Assembly (NCBI RefSeq): GCF_934617235.1
Contig: NZ_CAKTTZ010000007.1
Coordinates: forward strand, 4,983 to 68,982
Origin: an uncultured Ellagibacter sp.
Lineage (GTDB): Bacteria > Actinomycetota > Coriobacteriia > Coriobacteriales > Eggerthellaceae
Direction: 5' to 3'
DNA: 64,000 bases
Under the pieces are notes generated by a model. That model saw only the letters and a list, made by a program, of their open reading frames with translations, did no database searches and had not been told where the DNA came from. A program made the translations under genes and the position numbers. Below are positions 58,059 to 64,000 of this stretch, piece after piece (position 1 is the first letter of the stretch; each line of letters opens with the position of its first letter).

Positions 58059-60053
58059 TTACTGCAGGTCGAGCTGGTCGAGGTATTCCCTGCCATGCTC
58101 GGCGATGTGGCGTTTGCGGCCCTCATCGTCGTTGCCGAGCAAGAGGTTGAACATGCTTTCCATAGTGGCAACATCCTCAGGCTCCACCTTGATCAAGCGA
58201 CGCGTTTCAGGGTTCATGGTCGTAAGCCACATCATGTCAGGGTCGTTCTCGCCAAGACCCTTCGAGCGGTTGATCGAGCACTTCTGGTCGCCGATATCCT
58301 TTAAGATGTTGTTCTTCTCGAGCTCGGTGTAGGCGAAGTACGTCTTCTCCTTGCAGTTGATCTCGTAGAGCGGCGATTCGGCGATGTAGACGAAGCCCTC
58401 GTCGATGAGCGTCGGCACGAGCCGGTAGAGCATGGTCAGAATAAGCGTACGGATATGGTAACCGTCGACGTCGGCGTCGGTGCAGATGATGACCTTGCTC
58501 CAGTTGAGGTTGTCCAAATCGAAGGTGCCGAGGTTTTTCATGCGCTTGTCTTTGACCTCGACGCCGCAACCCAAAACGCGCAGCAGGTCCATGATGATGT
58601 CGGACTTGAAGATGCGTGGATAATCTTCCTTTAGGCAGTTAAGGATCTTGCCTCGAACGGGCATAACGCCCTGGAATTCGGCATCGCGCGAGGTTCGGAT
58701 GGCGCCTGCCGCCGAGTCGCCCTCCACGATGTAGATTTCGCGGCGGCCCTTGTCCTTCGAGCGGCAGTCGATGAACTTCTGCACGCGGTTGGCCATATCG
58801 GTCTTCTGCTGCAAGTTGGACTTGATGCTCTGGCGGGTTTTCTCGGCGTTTTCGCGCGAGCGCTTGTTGATGAGCACCTGATCGACGATCTTGCTCGCCG
58901 CGTCTTTGTTCTCGATGAGATAGGTCGTGAGGCGTTCCTTGAAAAACGACGTCATGGCCTGCTGGATAAAGCGGTTGTTAATCGCCTTCTTCGTCTGGTT
59001 CTCATAGGACGTCTGCGTCGAAAAGCAGTTCGTCACGAGGACCAGGCAGTCTTGTACGTCTTGCCACTTGATGGCGGACTCGTTTTTGTTGTACTTGTCC
59101 TGAGACTTGATATACGAATCAAGAGCGCTGGTCAGAGCGCTGCGAGCAGCCTTTTCGGGAGATCCGCCGTTTTCAAGCCACGACGAGTTGTGGTAGTACT
59201 CCTGCATCTGGAAGGTGCGGGAGAAGCACAGGCACGCGGTGATTTTAACGTTGTAATCGGGCAAGTCGTCGCGGTCGCGGCCACGGCGGTCCGCTTCGAT
59301 GAAGAAGGGCTCGGTCAAATACTCGGAACCGACCTTTTCCAGAACGTAGTCTTCGATGCCCTTGGGGTAGCAGAAGTCCTCTTCGGTGAAGCCTTCCGGG
59401 CCCTCGAGGCGAAGACGGAAGGTGACGTTGGCGTTGACGACCGCCTGGCGGCGCATCGTTTCGCGATACCAGTCGGCAGGGATGTCGATCGACGTGAAGA
59501 CTTCAAGGTCGGGACGCCATTTGATGGTGGTGCCGGTTCGCTTCTCGTCTGAAGGCTCAACCTCGAGCGCCTTTTTCTTGGCCCCGACAACCTTGCCTTT
59601 CTTAAAATGCAAGGAATACTTGTTGCCGTCGCGCCATACGGTGGCGTCCATGTATTCGGAGGCGTACTGCGTAGCGCACGAGCCAAGACCGTTCGTGCCC
59701 AAAGAGAAGTCGTAGTCGCCGCCTTGGTTGTTGTTGTATTTGCCGCCCGCATACAGCTCGCAAAAGACAAGCTCCCAGTTGAAGCGCTTTTCGGTAGGGT
59801 TCCAATCGAGCGGGCAGCCACGACCATTGTCCTCGACTTGGATGGAGCCGTCGGCAAAAGCTGTCAGCGTGATAAGGTCGCCGAAGCCCTGACGAGCCTC
59901 GTCAACCGAGTTCGACAGGATCTCGAAAGCGGCATGAGCGCAACCGTCCAGACCATCGGATCCAAAGATAACCGCAGGTCTAAGGCGAACGCGCTCCTCA
60001 TCTTTCAGCTGGCGAATGCTGTCATTGCCGTAATTGGCCGTAGAGTTTGCCAT
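58059..60053 (-). CDS. Type IIA topoisomerase subunit B (ParE/GyrB-like, divergent)
   Basis: EILSNSVDE, DNGRG, VEGDSA, PVRGKILN, TDADVDGYHI, KGLGE. Confidence 0.92.
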   Translation of the reverse strand: MANSTANYGNDSIRQLKDEERVRLRPAVIFGSDGLDGCAHAAFEILSNSVDEARQGFGDLITLTAFADGSIQVEDNGRGCPLDWNPTEKRFNWELVFCELYAGGKYNNNQGGDYDFSLGTNGLGSCATQYASEYMDATVWRDGNKYSLHFKKGKVVGAKKKALEVEPSDEKRTGTTIKWRPDLEVFTSIDIPADWYRETMRRQAVVNANVTFRLRLEGPEGFTEEDFCYPKGIEDYVLEKVGSEYLTEPFFIEADRRGRDRDDLPDYNVKITACLCFSRTFQMQEYYHNSSWLENGGSPEKAARSALTSALDSYIKSQDKYNKNESAIKWQDVQDCLVLVTNCFSTQTSYENQTKKAINNRFIQQAMTSFFKERLTTYLIENKDAASKIVDQVLINKRSRENAEKTRQSIKSNLQQKTDMANRVQKFIDCRSKDKGRREIYIVEGDSAAGAIRTSRDAEFQGVMPVRGKILNCLKEDYPRIFKSDIIMDLLRVLGCGVEVKDKRMKNLGTFDLDNLNWSKVIICTDADVDGYHIRTLILTMLYRLVPTLIDEGFVYIAESPLYEINCKEKTYFAYTELEKNNILKDIGDQKCSINRSKGLGENDPDMMWLTTMNPETRRLIKVEPEDVATMESMFNLLLGNDDEGRKRHIAEHGREYLDQLDLQ

Positions 60054-60455
60054 TCTCTCTCTTTCGGTGGTCGTGTTTCCTCAGCGCAACTCCAAACCCC
60101 ATCGGGTGCAGTTGCCTTCTCGCTCAGTCAGCGCTGCGCAAAAGGCGCGACGCATAAAGCGGGTCTTGTGGGCCAGGCGCTGCTGGCCGCGATTCGCAAC
60201 CATCGACTTTACCACATGCCGAGGTCGCATCAAAACGACGACACAGCAAATTCATCGGACATGCGTTCGTGTAGAAAGGCATGCGCGAATTGGTTTAGGG
60301 AATTGAGCGCGCATAAGCCGACTGGGCGCAAAGTTGTCGCCAGAAATGCGTTTCCCCTGATAGAAGCCTTACATACCAGGGGCGCCCCATCCCTTGGTTA
60401 CACCGCCTCGGAATAGGGCTCCCACAGAAATGCGATCGAGCGCAGGACCGAATGC

Positions 60456-62036
60456 CTACAGGTTGAACGACCAAACGTTCTTGAAATCGAGCGTGCTCGA
60501 AAGCTTTTGAAGGAGCTCATCGGTCACGTTGCCCTCGACGTTCATGTAGACAAGCGCCGTCTTCTCAGAGGGCTTCGTGCCGATCTGCATCGTCGTGATG
60601 TTCACGCCCTCATCGCCAAGCACCGTGCCAATCGCGCCGATGCGGCCGGGGGCGTCGACGTACTCGAACACGAGCGATTGCTTGGCGGGCGCGATGTCGA
60701 TCTTGTAATCGAGCAGCGACATGATGCGCGGGCGTTGCATCGAGCCGAAGAGCGTCGCTCCCACTTCCACACCGTCGGCGATGACCTTCACGGCAGAGGC
60801 GTACTCATCAGCATCGGCGATCGAAGCGGTATCCACCTTGATGCCATGGCGAACAGCAACCGACTCGACGTTCACCGGGGTGACCGACCCTGCGCGGCGA
60901 TACGCGAGGATTCCGTCAAGCGCGCCTGCGACCAGGATAGATGCATCGGCGTTCGCGATCGTCCCCGCAGCTTCGACGCGCAGCGTCTTCGGAATGCAAC
61001 CCAGGATCTGAGCCAGAACGCGGCCCATCATCTGGCAAGCGGGAACGTAAGGACCCACCGCGTCCATCATCTCGGGCGGAACGAGCGTCATGTTGAGCGC
61101 CGTCGGAACGATAGAACCCTCAAGGCCGCTCGAGACGTACTCCGCAATCTGCATGCCGGCGCGCACCTGCGCCTCGTGGGTGGATGCGCCCAGATGAGGG
61201 GTCAAAAGCACGTTATCGAACTCGTGCAGGGGGCTGTCGGTGCAGGGTTCCTCCTCGAACATGTCGATACCCGCGGCGAAGATCTTGCCGGCGGCGACGA
61301 AATCGGAGAGGGACTTCACGTTGTAGATGCCGCCGCGCGCCGCGTTGATCAAGACGACGCCGTCCTTCATGACGGCAAATTCTTCGGGACCGAACATACC
61401 GATGGTCTCGGGAGTCTTCGGCAGATGCACGGTGATGAAATCGGCGCGGGCGAGCACGTCTTCTGTGCGCTCGAACAGCTCCACACCCAACTGATCGGCG
61501 CGTTCGGGGCTGCAATACGGATCATGGCCGATGATCTTCATGCCGAAGGCGCGCGCACGCTCCGCCACGAGACCGCCGATGCGGCCCAAGCCAAAAATGG
61601 CGAGCGTCTTCTCGTAGAGCTCCTTGCCCAGAAACTTCGAACGCTCCCATTTGCCCTCGTGCATGCTTGCGTTCGCCTGCGGAAGCTGTCGCGCGCAGGC
61701 AAGCATAAGCGCCATGGTGTGCTCAGCTGCGCTCATGATGTTCGAGGTCGGCGCGTTGCACACGATAACACCGCGCTCGGTGGCGGCATCGAGGTCGATC
61801 GTGTCGACACCCACGCCAGCGCGCCCGATGATCTTCAGGTTGTCGGCGGCCTCGACGACGCGACGCGTCACGGGCGTCGCGGAACGCACGATGATCGCGT
61901 CATAGGGAGCAATCGTCGCGACGAGCTCGTCCTCGGCCAGGTCGAGCTTCACTTCGACGTCGTAGCCCTTCTCGCGCAGAACGTCGATGCCCTCCTTCGC
62001 GATTCGGTCGGCTACGAGAACCTTCTTGTGCGTCAT
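60456..62036 (-). CDS. serA: D-3-phosphoglycerate dehydrogenase
   Basis: GRAGVGVD, GLGRIG, INAARGG, TPHLGAST, C-terminal ACT domain. Confidence 0.96.
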   Translation of the reverse strand: MTHKKVLVADRIAKEGIDVLREKGYDVEVKLDLAEDELVATIAPYDAIIVRSATPVTRRVVEAADNLKIIGRAGVGVDTIDLDAATERGVIVCNAPTSNIMSAAEHTMALMLACARQLPQANASMHEGKWERSKFLGKELYEKTLAIFGLGRIGGLVAERARAFGMKIIGHDPYCSPERADQLGVELFERTEDVLARADFITVHLPKTPETIGMFGPEEFAVMKDGVVLINAARGGIYNVKSLSDFVAAGKIFAAGIDMFEEEPCTDSPLHEFDNVLLTPHLGASTHEAQVRAGMQIAEYVSSGLEGSIVPTALNMTLVPPEMMDAVGPYVPACQMMGRVLAQILGCIPKTLRVEAAGTIANADASILVAGALDGILAYRRAGSVTPVNVESVAVRHGIKVDTASIADADEYASAVKVIADGVEVGATLFGSMQRPRIMSLLDYKIDIAPAKQSLVFEYVDAPGRIGAIGTVLGDEGVNITTMQIGTKPSEKTALVYMNVEGNVTDELLQKLSSTLDFKNVWSFNL

Positions 62037-62151
62037 GGCGAATTCCCTTCCTCAGACAAGGCCGCTTATCGCGCGCTCGTTTCGCAAATTCGACCGCGAG
62101 GAACCACTTCCCCACGGCCGAATTCGTTTCCGTTAGAACAACTATACGGCT

Positions 62152-63234
62152 TTATGCGTTGTTTTTCTCGAACTCTTCCATGAACGAGACCAAAGCCTCG
62201 ACGCCTTCACGCGGCATTGCGTTGTAGATGCTCGCGCGCATGCCGCCGACGCTGCGATGGCCCTTCAAACTCTCGAGCCCGCGAGCCTTCGCCTCGGCGA
62301 TGAACTTCGCGTCCAAATCGGCGTCGCCCGTGATGAAGGGAACGTTCATAAGCGAGCGGAATTCCTTTTCCGCCGTGCCGCGGAAGAGCTTCGAGCTGTC
62401 AAGGTAGTCGTAGAGCAGCGCCGCCTTCTCCTCGTTGCGCTTCTTCATCGCTTCGAGTCCGCCCTGCTCCTTGAGCCATTTGAACACGAGACCGCAGACG
62501 TAAATACCGTAGGCGGGCGGCGTGTTCGAGAGGCTGCCGGCATCGGCTTGCGTCTTGTAGCGCATGATAGTGGGCGTGAACGGGAGGACATCCTCGCGAA
62601 TAAGGTCGTCGCGCACGATGACGATGACCACACCGGCGGGACCGACGTTTTTCTGCACGCCGCCGTAGATAAGGCCGTATTTGGAGACGTCGACGGGCTC
62701 GGAGAGGAACATCGAGGACACATCGGAGACAAGCGGGGTGTCGCCCGTCTCGGGAAGATGGGTATAGCGCGTGCCGTAGACCGTTTCGTTCTGGCAGATG
62801 TAGACGTAGTCAGCGTCTGGCGAGAAGGTAGCGCTGTCGAAATCGGGAACCCGCGTGAAGCCCGCGTCCTCGGAGGAAGCGACGAGGTTTGCGGTGCCGT
62901 AGAGCTTAGCTTCCTTAAAAGCCTTCTTCGACCAGTTGCCCGACACAATGTAGTCGGCCACCTTGTTGCGCATGAGGTTCATCGGAATTGCCGCGAACTG
63001 CTGGGTCGCGCCTCCCTGCAAGAAGAGCACGCGGTAGTTGTCAGGGATGCCCATGAGATCGCGAATGTCCTGCTCAGCGGTTTCGATGATGCCCTTGAAG
63101 GTCGCCGAGCGGTGGGACATCTCCATCACGGACATGCCACAGCCGTTATAATCGAGCATCTCCGCTGCGGCGGTCTTCAAGACCTCCTCGGGAAGCATTG
63201 CGGGACCTGCAGAAAAGTTGAACACCCTACCCAT
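62152..63234 (-). CDS. serC: Phosphoserine aminotransferase
   Basis: FNFSAGPA, EMSHRS, QKNVGPAG, GHRSVGGMRASIYNA; ATG 63234. Confidence 0.96.
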   Translation of the reverse strand: MGRVFNFSAGPAMLPEEVLKTAAAEMLDYNGCGMSVMEMSHRSATFKGIIETAEQDIRDLMGIPDNYRVLFLQGGATQQFAAIPMNLMRNKVADYIVSGNWSKKAFKEAKLYGTANLVASSEDAGFTRVPDFDSATFSPDADYVYICQNETVYGTRYTHLPETGDTPLVSDVSSMFLSEPVDVSKYGLIYGGVQKNVGPAGVVIVIVRDDLIREDVLPFTPTIMRYKTQADAGSLSNTPPAYGIYVCGLVFKWLKEQGGLEAMKKRNEEKAALLYDYLDSSKLFRGTAEKEFRSLMNVPFITGDADLDAKFIAEAKARGLESLKGHRSVGGMRASIYNAMPREGVEALVSFMEEFEKNNA

Positions 63235-63507
63235 AAGCGCGCTCCTTTGATCGCGAGAACTCAGACGCACTTTATTCTAATGGAGCGATTGGTGCGCGAC
63301 GCGCAAATTGAGGCTCCAATCGATAACTGGATGTCCTCACGTACCTGGGCGGACACCTTGGCCCAAAAGCGCGTCCCGCATCTCTTTTCGTGGCTGCGCA
63401 ACGCAAAGAAGGTGTGAATTTCTTGTATAATTTCATGTAAGTAAACCCATCACGCCACGTCCTAGAGCGCCCACATTTGGCGAGAAGGCATCACGGAAGG
63501 GGAACTC

Positions 63508-64000
63508 ATGGAAAACGCGATCACAAGAAGAGACGCACTCAAGCTCACAGCCACCGCAACGACGCTCCTCGTGTCGGGAGGCGCACTGGTCATGATCGCA
63601 GGTTGCGGGGCGAAAAGCACGGCGGACTCCCCCGGCAATGCCGAGCCCGCCCCAAGCGAAACGAGCTTTCGCGTGGAAGACGGGAAATGGTTTTCCGACT
63701 GGACGGAGGAAACCAAGCAGGGCATCCCATTCACCGGCTCAAAGCTCGGCATCGTTCCGAGCGGCGACGGCGAAACGCTTGCCATCGCCTACTGCAACGC
63801 CGACGGCGTGAAGCAGGTGACGCAAATCGGGCCAGCGAACGCGCCCGTGCGCGTGCACGGCGACATTGAGATGCTCGCCGCGGACGACATCGCGTCTCGC
63901 TACGTGGTTTTAGTCGATGAAGACGCTACGATCGACGCGCTATTCTTGGGCGGCATCGACCGCGCGGAAGTTTCGGGCAGCATCGCCTCGCTTATTGTCG
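63508..64000 (+). CDS. Tat-signal lipoprotein (partial, runs off window edge)
   Basis: Manual translation: MENAITRRDALKLTATATTLLVSGGALVMIAGCGAK (twin-Arg, IAGC lipobox); TATAAT at 63427-63432. Confidence 0.75.
   Translation, partial: MENAITRRDALKLTATATTLLVSGGALVMIAGCGAKSTADSPGNAEPAPSETSFRVEDGKWFSDWTEETKQGIPFTGSKLGIVPSGDGETLAIAYCNADGVKQVTQIGPANAPVRVHGDIEMLAADDIASRYVVLVDEDATIDALFLGGIDRAEVSGSIASLIV

Overview
High-GC chromosomal segment, most consistent with Eggerthellaceae/Coriobacteriia (inferred from a multi-TM LuxR regulator, a trigger-factor paralogue and gene style). Most genes are on the minus strand. The left end has pyrR-pyrB with a PyrR-binding leader, an ArsB/NhaD-type permease and tRNA-Sec (selC, not in the ORF track). 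About 3.8-23.2 kb is a visibly less GC-rich accessory block: a RelB/DinJ-PIN toxin-antitoxin pair, an FHL-2-type formate hydrogenlyase operon (hydN-fdhF[Cys]-hyfABCDEFGHI-hycH-hycI, with an apparent 1-bp frameshift in hyfF), a trigger-factor paralogue lacking the ribosome-binding motif, and a divergent AmiS/UreI channel plus formamidase (amiF). An 18-bp palindrome lies upstream of both the FHL and amiS-amiF operons. Together these suggest a co-regulated formamide -> formate + NH3 -> H2 + CO2 module, the top finding. The rest is largely housekeeping: XRE-cupin/acyl-CoA synthetase/Vor-type oxidoreductase cluster, def-fmt-rsmB, NfeD-SPFH, dnaG, dGTPase, rnhA, P1B ATPase, LuxR, tatA, rimP-nusA-ylxR-infB-rbfA-DHH-coaD-truB-ribF, murB, leuA, a divergent type IIA topoisomerase pair, serC-serA and a partial Tat lipoprotein. 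All calls come from motif recognition by eye; no searches were run.
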